From contig JAKAVM010000101.1 of the NCBI GenBank assembly GCA_021827485.1, positions 2,766-66,765 on the forward strand: a stretch of DNA of 64,000 bases, given 5' to 3'. This document shows, one piece after another, positions 19,815-30,452 of this stretch. Source of the stretch: Actinomycetes bacterium. Lineage in GTDB: Bacteria; Actinomycetota; Acidimicrobiia; Acidimicrobiales; JAKAVM01. Numbering within the stretch: the stretch's first letter is position 1; each line of letters starts with the position of its first letter. Below the pieces are notes generated by a model. That model was given only the letters and a program-made list of their open reading frames with translations, did not search any database and had not been told where the DNA came from. Made by a program: the position numbers and the translations under genes.

Positions 19815-20078
19815 ATGAGCTTGAACATCAAGAATAGAGAAGCCGAGCAATTGGCGCGCGAACTGGCATCCATTACAGGTGAGAGTGTTACCCGAGCGGT
19901 GGCAATTGCGGTGCGCGAACGCCTCGACAGGGTGCAACACGAGGACAATGCAGCAATCGACGGGTGCGTAGGTCGATTGCAGGAAATCGCAAAGGATGCG
20001 GCTGGTCGGTGGACCGAGCCATACCGAAGCACCGATCACGGTGAACTTCTCTATGACGAGTTGGGTCTGCCTCGGTGA
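19815..20078 (+). CDS. vapB: VapB-family antitoxin
   Basis: MSLNIKNREAEQLARELASITGESVTRAV. It overlaps the PIN gene by 4 bp. Confidence 0.75.
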   Translation: MSLNIKNREAEQLARELASITGESVTRAVAIAVRERLDRVQHEDNAAIDGCVGRLQEIAKDAAGRWTEPYRSTDHGELLYDELGLPR

Positions 20079-20485
20079 TCGTCGATACTTCGGCAATCAT
20101 CGCGATTTTGCGTGGTGAGCCAGATGCCGATCAATACATAAGCGCCCTTGCGACGGATGCTCAGCCTCTGATCTCTTCAGGAACATATCTTGAAACGGCG
20201 ATCGTAATCGACTCGAGCCGCGATCCAATACTCAGTGGTCGATTGGATGATCTACTATCAATAGCTCGTATCAGGATAGAATCTGTTACGAAGGAGCACG
20301 CTGAGATTGCTCGGCAGGCCTACCGTAACTTTGGGAGATGCAGTGGCCACCCGGCAAGACTTAACCTAGGGGACTGCTTTGCATATGCATTATCTAGAGC
20401 AACACGAGTGCCACTTCTCTATAAAGGTGATGATTTCGCAAACACTGACATCGAGCCAGCGCTGCGAGGCACAAATGGAAAGTAG
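20075..20485 (+). CDS. vapC: PIN-domain toxin VapC
   Basis: MIVDTSAIIAILRGEPDA and LNLGDCFAYALS. Confidence 0.85.
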   Translation: MIVDTSAIIAILRGEPDADQYISALATDAQPLISSGTYLETAIVIDSSRDPILSGRLDDLLSIARIRIESVTKEHAEIARQAYRNFGRCSGHPARLNLGDCFAYALSRATRVPLLYKGDDFANTDIEPALRGTNGK

Positions 20486-20679
20486 TAAAGGAGTATTTCA
20501 CTCCTAGCAATAACAGTGGTACCGTAACACTGGTACGCAGACCTGTAAGCGCGTTGACGAACTCCTTCATCCCCAGTCTGATTCAGAGAAGTACGCCGAT
20601 GTTTCGTTAGGTGCCAATTTATTGTGTGTTTGTTGATTGAGTATTTCTTCTTTCGAGCCGATATGGCAAAGAGACCTAC

Positions 20680-21159
20680 GTGATATTAGGAGGAACCGTG
20701 CCAAGTCCACGACGCAGAGTACTCATAACCCTGGTAACAGCTGGAAGTGTAGCTGTCACCGGAGCAACCGCACTTGCAAGTGCGCCAGGATATCAGCCAG
20801 TACTTAGTCGCGCCTCTTATCCGATCACCAAGGTTGCCCCGTCGCAAGCTAGTTCGCTTGCAGGCCAAGTGAACTCACTGCTAACCCAAGAAAAAGGGCT
20901 CCAAGGTGCTATAGCTAGCGCCCGTCAAAGATTGGCAGCCACAGTAAATCAAGAGACTGCAAAGGAAAATACCCTTAATGCAGAAGCTGCTCAGATCCAG
21001 GCTCAACAAGCGCAAATCAATCAAGAGGAAGCTCAGTTGGCGGCACAACGGGCTAACATTGCTCAGGCTGCGGCTTCAACACCAGCTCCGACAACTCATG
21101 CATCAACTGGAGCGAGCAGCGCTCACTCTGGTGGAGATGACGGAGGCGGGGATGACTGA
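20680..21159 (+). CDS. Secreted Gln/Ala-rich coiled-coil protein, function unknown
   Basis: N-terminal signal-like segment (LITLVTAGSVAVTGATALASA), then a Q/A-rich heptad-like region. Confidence 0.4.
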   Translation: MILGGTVPSPRRRVLITLVTAGSVAVTGATALASAPGYQPVLSRASYPITKVAPSQASSLAGQVNSLLTQEKGLQGAIASARQRLAATVNQETAKENTLNAEAAQIQAQQAQINQEEAQLAAQRANIAQAAASTPAPTTHASTGASSAHSGGDDGGGDD

Positions 21160-21562
21160 CTCTTTCGATAAAGCACGTAAGCAGCTGAATCGCCAGCGCG
21201 CATTGAGAAGGTGGCTGCCTTCAGTTGTCGTGAGTTCGGCTGCAACTATAGGCGTTGGCTTAACCTCAGCTTGGGTCTGGAGTGCTTCGGGAAATGCATC
21301 GCCCGCCGCCATAAAGTCTGATCAGGCCAACACAAGATTAGCCACTCAAGTTACCCTGGACCAATCTCTTCTGAGCCACATTCGGTCAAACCTCTCTTCG
21401 GCGGAAAATCAGCTCGCAAATCTCCCCCAGCTTGCTTCACTGAATGGAGCGGCTTCTTCTCTGGGAACTTTGCCGCCACTTAGTGCTCTTCCGGTGGTAG
21501 GTCCTATAAGTGGTTTAGCCCCGGCTGTCCATGCCACTACCGGAGCATCGGGTGCCCCTTGA
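21137..21562 (+). CDS. Membrane-anchored protein, function unknown
   Basis: In-frame ATGs at 21137 and 21152 overlap the upstream stop. One TM segment is present (WLPSVVVSSAATIGVGLTSAWVW). Confidence 0.35.
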   Translation: MTEAGMTDSFDKARKQLNRQRALRRWLPSVVVSSAATIGVGLTSAWVWSASGNASPAAIKSDQANTRLATQVTLDQSLLSHIRSNLSSAENQLANLPQLASLNGAASSLGTLPPLSALPVVGPISGLAPAVHATTGASGAP

Positions 21563-22508
21563 TCTAGTTGGTAACGAAGTGGGCATTCAGGGAAGGGCAA
21601 TGGCCACCGAAATAAATATCCGTGCACGAGTCACCGATGTAAATAGCTCATCGAAAATTGAATTGGATGCAGCACTAGATATATTCGCTAAAGTTGAAAG
21701 AGCTTGTACCCGCTTTGACCCATCAAGTCCCTTAATGCAAGCCAACGCACGTCCAATGGGCTGGCAGTACGTAGGCAAGCTTTGTTTTGATGCCCTCAAA
21801 GAAGCGCGCTCTGCTTACACGCTTACTTCTGGGAGATTCGATCCTAGGATACTCCAAGATCTCATCGGACTAGGATATGATAAGTCTCTTGGATTTGCCA
21901 ATGGAGATGTCAGAGTGGAAGGGTCGCCATCCAAGCCACGACAACCATTTCGAGTTTGGCGACCGCGTTTTCGGGGAGCGTCTTGCGAAGTTATGCTCAA
22001 CGGAGTTCCGGTTGATTTGGGTGGAATCGGGAAAGGCCTGGCTGTCAGATGGGCTAGTCAACACCTCAGCAAATACTTTGAGAACTTTTTGGTTGAAGCC
22101 GGTGGTGATTGCTACTGCGCTGGCTTGGCGCCCGGTGATGAATATTGGCGAATCGCTGTTGAGAATCCAGCCGGGGGATCTTCCCCGGTGGCAGTTCTCT
22201 CGGTGAGTAACAATGCTTGCACAACTTCGTCAATCCGACTTCGTCACTGGACCCACGGGACTGAACAAGTCCATCATATTATCGACCCTCGTACGGGCCA
22301 ACCTGGAGGCGGTAACTTGGCCTCTGTGACAGTGGTCGACGACGATCCGGCTATCTCGGAAGTTTGGAGCAAAGTACTCTTTCTCTACGGTCACAACAAA
22401 ATTGCCGAAGTTGCACATAAGCGAGACATTGCAGCTTTGTGGATTTGTAAGTCGGGAGAGATGGCTTTCAGCCCTCATATGGCTCAGTTTGTAATCTGGC
22501 AGGCATAA
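21531..22508 (+). CDS. apbE: FAD:protein FMN transferase (ApbE family)
   Basis: RFDP, VDLGGIGKGLAV, GGDCYCAG and HHIIDPRTGQP. The start is probably internal (MATEINI). Confidence 0.8.
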   Translation: MPLPEHRVPLDLVGNEVGIQGRAMATEINIRARVTDVNSSSKIELDAALDIFAKVERACTRFDPSSPLMQANARPMGWQYVGKLCFDALKEARSAYTLTSGRFDPRILQDLIGLGYDKSLGFANGDVRVEGSPSKPRQPFRVWRPRFRGASCEVMLNGVPVDLGGIGKGLAVRWASQHLSKYFENFLVEAGGDCYCAGLAPGDEYWRIAVENPAGGSSPVAVLSVSNNACTTSSIRLRHWTHGTEQVHHIIDPRTGQPGGGNLASVTVVDDDPAISEVWSKVLFLYGHNKIAEVAHKRDIAALWICKSGEMAFSPHMAQFVIWQA

Positions 22509-23266
22509 TGATTCGATCGAATAAGACCGATTTTCGGGCTTCGAAAACCATGATCCCTATAGCTAAGAAAACTCCAAGAACTATGGTTTTTCCTTCTCCG
22601 GATGCAGCTGACAGCCAAGACAAGCAAAGTTGGCAAAGTGTTCTCAGCGCTGGTCTCTTTATCTTGATTCTTACGTTGTGCTTAATCGGTGGATTTGTAT
22701 TGGAAATTTTGGCCGCTCCAACTGTGCACAATCATCTCTTCCCATGGCTAATTGGGCGTTCATTTGGGTTGGCAGCATTTCTAGCGCTTGTTGCGCTGGT
22801 CGCTCTTGGAATGTGGATCTCTCATCCTTGGCGACTTACCCACGCTGGCATTTTACACCCCGCGAGTTTATTACGAGCTCACGTTGCACTGGCTATAACT
22901 GTAACTGTGCTTACAGTCGGCCATATAGTGTCTTTGGCCTCAGATCGCTATGCTGGAGTTGGGTGGGTAGCGGTTTTTGTACCTGGACTGGCCCATTATC
23001 GAACTGCAGCGGTCTCGCTGGGAACGATTGGGCTTTACTGCGGGATACTTTCAGGTGTAACTGCAACGTTAGCTGGCTCCCTTGCCCAAAAAGTCTGGTT
23101 ACCGGTTCATCGGCTAGCAGCGTTATCATTTTTGTTCGTCTGGTTCCATGCGGTTATAGCAGGGAGTGATACTCCAATGCTGCGCTCGCTCTATGCTCTA
23201 ACTGCTTTAGTGCTATTGGGACTGGGTGTTTCTCGGTATCTGGTTCCAATTCCTGTGGAGCCATGA
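22508..23266 (+). CDS. Ferric-reductase-like di-haem transmembrane protein
   Basis: Six predicted TM segments with His pairs spaced H-x13-H (RAH...VGH) and H-x12-H (PVH...WFH), as in FRD/NOX-type haem-b domains. Confidence 0.55.
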   Translation: MIRSNKTDFRASKTMIPIAKKTPRTMVFPSPDAADSQDKQSWQSVLSAGLFILILTLCLIGGFVLEILAAPTVHNHLFPWLIGRSFGLAAFLALVALVALGMWISHPWRLTHAGILHPASLLRAHVALAITVTVLTVGHIVSLASDRYAGVGWVAVFVPGLAHYRTAAVSLGTIGLYCGILSGVTATLAGSLAQKVWLPVHRLAALSFLFVWFHAVIAGSDTPMLRSLYALTALVLLGLGVSRYLVPIPVEP

Positions 23267-24624
23267 CAATTCCCATCTCCGAAGGCATTGGTTATGAGCA
23301 AGTCCATACAGGTCAAGCACCAGGGTATCGAGGTTTCGGACAACCAGGAGAGCAAGGAACGAGACTTCTTGCTGGTCCGAGATGTGAATCTGGACCAGAA
23401 TCTTTGGAAGGTCATTTATATCGCTTAGGGAGCCTTCCTGATGTTGCTAGTGACCGATCGAGGTTTATTGAAATGTTTTCGCGTAGCCAACTTCGAGGTC
23501 GAGGCGGATCTAGTTTCCCGTTAGCTCGTAAACTGGAGGTAGCGACATCGGTAAGGGGTTTGCCACTTGTAGTTGTGAATGGATCGGAAAGCGAACCAGC
23601 TAGCCGAAAGGACGCTGTCTTGTTGCAGTTGCGTCCCCACTTGGTACTTGATGGTGCAGTGCTATTGGCGCAAGCAGCGGGAGCCCAAGAGGTAATAGTT
23701 GTGCTTCACCGTGGGAGTATCAACTCCCAAGGATCTGTTGAGAAAGCCATAGCTGAGCGCAGTTCTCTAGGTATGTTTGGACCAAGAATCTCAGTGAAAG
23801 TTGGTCCAGAACACTACGTGTCCGGAGAGGCCAGTGCTGTGGTGCGCATGTTGGGTGGCCATGACGCCAAGCCATCCTTCAACCGAAAACCAGCGGCGCT
23901 TTTTGGCGTGAGCGGACGGCCAACGCTTGTTCAAAATGTCGAGACTTTGGCTCACTTAGCACTGGTAGCCCGTTTTGGGGACGAATGGTTCAAGACCGCA
24001 GGATCGGCTCGAAGACCGGGCTCAACTCTAGTGACGTTAGCTGGGGGTGTATGTGACCCAGGAGTTGTATTAGAGGTTATGGCACCTGTGCCTATTCGTG
24101 AACTTCTTATTTCGAGCGCGGGAGTAAGTAACCCTCCTCCAGGGTTACTGCTTGGTGGTTACGGCGGGGGGACTTGGCTAAAAGGTTCACTCGCTTGGAA
24201 CCTGCTACTGGCCGATGAGGAACTTATACCTCATGGTGCTTCTATCGGCTGTGGACTTGTCGGAGTTCTTCCACCGGGAGCTTGCGGCATCATAGAAACG
24301 GCCCGTTTGATCAACTATTTGGCCAGGGAAAGCGCTGGACAGTGCGGGCCATGCGTATCGGGACTTCCCGTATTGGCACAGACAATGTCATCTCTGGCCA
24401 TGGGTGAAGCTAGCCGTCGCGACATAGCCCGGATGCACAGGCTTGCCGTGAGCATTACGGGCCGAGGTGCTTGCCGCCATCCCGACGGAGTCATTGCACT
24501 GCTTGAAAGTACATTCGCAGCGTTTTCCGATCAGGTACGATTTCATTTGAAAGGAAATGCCTGTGCGGGAGCCAACCACCCTGGCGTTTTTCCGATTCCC
24601 TCAGAAGACCCTGTTTGGAGGTAG
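23263..24624 (+). CDS. NuoF-like (NADH dehydrogenase subunit F family) FMN/Fe-S protein
   Basis: RGRGGSSFP, NGSESEPASRKD and ESAGQCGPCVSG (4Fe-4S motif region). Confidence 0.7.
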   Translation: MTIPISEGIGYEQVHTGQAPGYRGFGQPGEQGTRLLAGPRCESGPESLEGHLYRLGSLPDVASDRSRFIEMFSRSQLRGRGGSSFPLARKLEVATSVRGLPLVVVNGSESEPASRKDAVLLQLRPHLVLDGAVLLAQAAGAQEVIVVLHRGSINSQGSVEKAIAERSSLGMFGPRISVKVGPEHYVSGEASAVVRMLGGHDAKPSFNRKPAALFGVSGRPTLVQNVETLAHLALVARFGDEWFKTAGSARRPGSTLVTLAGGVCDPGVVLEVMAPVPIRELLISSAGVSNPPPGLLLGGYGGGTWLKGSLAWNLLLADEELIPHGASIGCGLVGVLPPGACGIIETARLINYLARESAGQCGPCVSGLPVLAQTMSSLAMGEASRRDIARMHRLAVSITGRGACRHPDGVIALLESTFAAFSDQVRFHLKGNACAGANHPGVFPIPSEDPVWR

Positions 24625-24824
24625 CTACTATTCATGTGATTGTTGATCCAATTCGTTGTAAAGGCCATGGAATCTGCACACTGAAGTTTGCCGAGAGGAT
24701 CGATTTGGATAAGTGGGGTTATGCTGTAATAGATTCCGAGCCATTTGAAGAGGAAAGACTCATAAAGCGTGCCCAGCGCGCGGTGGCCGCGTGTCCAGAG
24801 CATGCATTGAGTATTGATGAGTGA
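24615..24824 (+). CDS. Small ferredoxin
   Basis: 69 aa with VDPIRCKGHGIC ... ACPEHAL cysteine ligands. Confidence 0.7.
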   Translation: MEVATIHVIVDPIRCKGHGICTLKFAERIDLDKWGYAVIDSEPFEEERLIKRAQRAVAACPEHALSIDE

Positions 24825-24950
24825 AGATACCGTGCTTGAGGTTTGCTTACCCAGGCTGCGATTGTCAGATACCGTGCTTGAGGTTTGCTTACCCAGGCTG
24901 CGATTGTCAGATACCGTGCTTGAGGTTTGCTTACCCAGGCTGCGATTGTC
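24825..24950. repeat. Tandem repeat, 42-bp unit x3, perfect
   Basis: agataccgtgcttgaggtttgcttacccaggctgcgattgtc at 24825, 24867 and 24909, immediately after the ferredoxin stop. Confidence 0.9.
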
Positions 24951-25033
24951 TTGATTTGCCAACGAAGTATCGAAAAGAAATGTGTCTGGGCTTTGGGAAT
25001 AGGTCCTCTTTACCTACAGCGGAGTTGCGACCT

Positions 25034-25870
25034 TTAGGCGCGAGCAGTTCTTCTTTGCTGACGTTCTTTGTATAAGGCTTCATCTGCTCTCCCCAACAGG
25101 TCCTCAAGCGAGTCTCGTTCCACCAACTCCGCAAGTCCAACAGTAACGGAAGCTTCCAAGGTATCTTTCAATTCAGCGTTGATTGCAGAGAACCGCATAA
25201 TCGCTTCCTCCAACGTCATATCCAGTAACCCGCAAACAAATTCATCGCCTCCGAATCGAACAACCAAGTCGTAAGAGCGCAGGTGGATCCGAAGAGTGTC
25301 AACAATTTGACGTAAGAGTTGATCGCCACCAGCATGGCCCTTCTCGTCGTTAGTTATTTTGAGACCATCCACATCCACATAGGCGAGTAGAAAAGGTTCA
25401 CCAGTTCTTCTCGCTCTTGATGCGTCACGCTCCAATTGCACGATTCCGGCATCCCTTCGAAGAGCACCCGTAAGTCCATCGACCGAAGAAATAACCCGTT
25501 CTTTGGCCGATACATCGCGATTGAGTAATGCGGCTTCTCGATCGGCGGCAGCATGTGCGCGATCGATAGCAGCTATCCCGCGGTCCCGTTGGGCCTCGAC
25601 ACGGTCGGAACCTGCTCCAGCATCCACCTTTCCCAAGGATCGATCACGGGCTTCAGCTCTGTCGTCGCGGGCTTCAGCCCGATTATCACGCAATTCAGCT
25701 CTATCATCGCGCGCCTCAGCAGCCCTGTCGTCGGCTTCGGAAGTAAGCTTGCGATCACTAGCGATTTGGTCTCGGTCATCAAGGACTTCGTTTGGTCCCT
25801 CGGAAGGTTTAACCTGATCAACGGTGTTTTGGGCTTTCTTGCTAGTCGCAAGTTTATTATCCGTATTCAT
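25034..25870 (-). CDS. GGDEF-domain diguanylate cyclase with a repetitive acidic N-terminus
   Basis: RFGGDEFV active-site motif. The N-terminus has DDRAEARD-type repeats. Confidence 0.8.
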   Translation of the reverse strand: MNTDNKLATSKKAQNTVDQVKPSEGPNEVLDDRDQIASDRKLTSEADDRAAEARDDRAELRDNRAEARDDRAEARDRSLGKVDAGAGSDRVEAQRDRGIAAIDRAHAAADREAALLNRDVSAKERVISSVDGLTGALRRDAGIVQLERDASRARRTGEPFLLAYVDVDGLKITNDEKGHAGGDQLLRQIVDTLRIHLRSYDLVVRFGGDEFVCGLLDMTLEEAIMRFSAINAELKDTLEASVTVGLAELVERDSLEDLLGRADEALYKERQQRRTARA

Positions 25871-26258
25871 TCAGGTCCTTTTTCTTTGTCTCGGGAGCAC
25901 TAGCACCACTTAGTTTATCATGTACGGTTCGATCTTGCGTAGCGAGGCCATTTACAGCTGTGCAAAAGTTATTCTCAATTGTTCGCGCTACCTAAAGGAT
26001 ATATCGAGATCAGATGCGAAAAGCAAGTAAATCAAGAGGACATTTACAAGACGATGAATCAACCGTGAGACTACTAAGGCTCATAGAACGAGACTTAGAA
26101 ACCATGCGACCAATTGATGTATGAATCAATGTTCCTAGATGGAAAGGGGTGTTCAATACATTAGAAATCAACCTTTCGGGATGATTGAAGGTATGCTAAG
26201 ATCAGTCAAGCAAAACAAGTCCTGAAGGTATTCTTACCGAACTTGCTGATAAGCTCCT

Positions 26259-26672
26259 ATGAGTCTACAGATATTGCAGAGAACGGAGATACCGATGAGT
26301 CAAATATGGGACCTGTGGTTCCCAAAGGGAGGCGCTACAGGGATTTCATTCTGCCGTTCTCGTATTGCTGATGATGTCGGCAATACCGTTCTTGTGCATG
26401 CTGCTCCTCCAGAGCTAGATGTAACTATCCGCGACCAAGAAGGGCACATGGTGGCCCAGGGGATGGGACTGGTCCGCGACCAACCCGGTCCGATGAGCTT
26501 TTTGCATCGCGAAGGGACGAGCGTGAAATTGAGCGATGGCTGGCCGAGTCCGAATGATGTCGGAAAGGTTGTCCTGCTGCCGGGAGGGGAGGCGGGGATA
26601 CTGACTGCCTGGTGGCATGCTGATGATTGTAGCGAGTGGCGATGGAGCGTCGAGTTCTACAACCATCAATGA
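26259..26672 (+). CDS. Hypothetical protein
   Basis: ORF only. It lies in the same GC-rich patch as katG. Confidence 0.35.
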   Translation: MSLQILQRTEIPMSQIWDLWFPKGGATGISFCRSRIADDVGNTVLVHAAPPELDVTIRDQEGHMVAQGMGLVRDQPGPMSFLHREGTSVKLSDGWPSPNDVGKVVLLPGGEAGILTAWWHADDCSEWRWSVEFYNHQ

Positions 26673-26738
26673 TGAAACTAAATAAGGGCGAAGAGCTGAT
26701 TGCGATTGTTACGCTGCCACACTTCACCTTTTGGGTAA

Positions 26739-28952
<2,214 letters not shown>

Positions 28953-29041
28953 TCGGTTATCGTAGCTCCCAGATTAGCTCCCAGCCCCCACCACCATAGC
29001 CCTGACCCATTCCCCATAAGCCTCTGAACAGGACTTATTTG

Positions 29042-29114
<73 letters not shown>

Positions 29115-29133
29115 GAATATGAATGAATTTACG

Positions 29134-30393
29134 TTAGCACGGAGTCGAGGTCTGATAGGAACTCAAGCTAGCATGACATTGAGTTTCATAGTTTTTGAAA
29201 GCATCGAATACGCTAGTTCGTCCATTGTAGAAGCTAATAAGGGCAGAAGAACTTGACGGCCGTGGCTGGTAGCTAGCAAAAAAATTCGTATAAAAAGGGC
29301 TTACACCTTGGGCTCCGATTGTCTTGGCAAAGTCGAGTAAGGCCTGAGCCCAGGTGGGGTCAAGTTGGGCCTGGAGTTGGGGGGAGGAGTGATTTCCCGT
29401 GGTACTCCACGCCTCATTGATCCAGACCGTCTTCCCGCCTGTTCCAAACTGTTTCAGGAATGCTTGGGTGTCGTAAAAGGCATTGGCTGTATAAATGTCA
29501 AAACCGAGAAAATCTAGCCCTGGCATTTTTACTGCTGCCTGCATCAACTTCATATCTAAACTATCGCCTATCGAGTTATTGTAGACATTTCCATCAACCG
29601 CAATCCCAACCTTAGTGGAAGGAGACACCGACTTAACAGCTGCGATTAACTTGGTCAAGAGATCCGTCCATGAGTTTACATTGTCTACTTGCTGGTCGGC
29701 AGGCGAGTTTATATTTGAGCGAGATAATCCGGCTATCATAGGCGCGTACCACGGAGGCTCTTTGATTACAGTGTAGTAATCGGGATGATACAGTCCAGCA
29801 ATCGTTTTGACTCGCTGGATCCACGCTGCAACAAACTGGTTCCAAGGTAGCGGAAAACTGCGGTACCTCTCTGCGCTTGCATCTTTCAAGACCACTAGGT
29901 GGCCGGAAGATCGAATTGAATCAATTATCGAAGTATCCTCTGCAATTGTGGAAGTATCGTTGGAAAGCCACGGATCGTAACCAAGATCAATAGTTATGCC
30001 TTGGGCTCCCGTGTCCTCTAACATGGATAGCTCATTCGAAACTGCTTGAGGTGAATTGTATCTGGAGAGGTTGTCATAGCTGGCACCTACGAGAGTGGGG
30101 GAGAGAATCAAAGGAACCTGGGGCGCACCCGACCAGGCAGTAATCTGTGAGGAAAGCCAGCTCGGGGAGATTCCGTTGGGATACTGGCTGGTAGCCAGAG
30201 CGCTCGAAGGAGTAATAGATTGACCCGTAGGGGAGTTGGACGAAGAACTGCTTGACAAATTAGATGGGTTCTGACTTAGCCCACCGCGACTGCGATGCCC
30301 CCCAAGGAGTCCGTGTAGGTGGCCACAACTAGTCATCAGGAGAACAACAAGTGTACTGGCAACAGCCAAGATTGCTCGATTGGTAAATCTCAT
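29134..30393 (-). CDS. Lipoprotein/secreted protein, possibly a TIM-barrel glycoside hydrolase
   Basis: Signal peptide with LLMTSCG and a Ser-rich linker. Candidate catalytic Glu contexts VIKEPPW and WINEAW are weak evidence. Confidence 0.4.
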   Translation of the reverse strand: MRFTNRAILAVASTLVVLLMTSCGHLHGLLGGHRSRGGLSQNPSNLSSSSSSNSPTGQSITPSSALATSQYPNGISPSWLSSQITAWSGAPQVPLILSPTLVGASYDNLSRYNSPQAVSNELSMLEDTGAQGITIDLGYDPWLSNDTSTIAEDTSIIDSIRSSGHLVVLKDASAERYRSFPLPWNQFVAAWIQRVKTIAGLYHPDYYTVIKEPPWYAPMIAGLSRSNINSPADQQVDNVNSWTDLLTKLIAAVKSVSPSTKVGIAVDGNVYNNSIGDSLDMKLMQAAVKMPGLDFLGFDIYTANAFYDTQAFLKQFGTGGKTVWINEAWSTTGNHSSPQLQAQLDPTWAQALLDFAKTIGAQGVSPFYTNFFASYQPRPSSSSALISFYNGRTSVFDAFKNYETQCHASLSSYQTSTPC

Positions 30394-30452
30394 CTCCCAC
30401 CTTTCTAAGGGTGTGTTTGTGCACGACAGCTGAATTTATTTAGCATCGTAGC

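Noticed and set aside
22630-23169. 179-aa alternative-frame ORF inside the ferric-reductase-like gene
   Set aside because: The overlapping frame 22508-23266 has coherent TM segments and haem-ligand spacing. The alternative frame is Cys/Trp/Ser-rich with no features.
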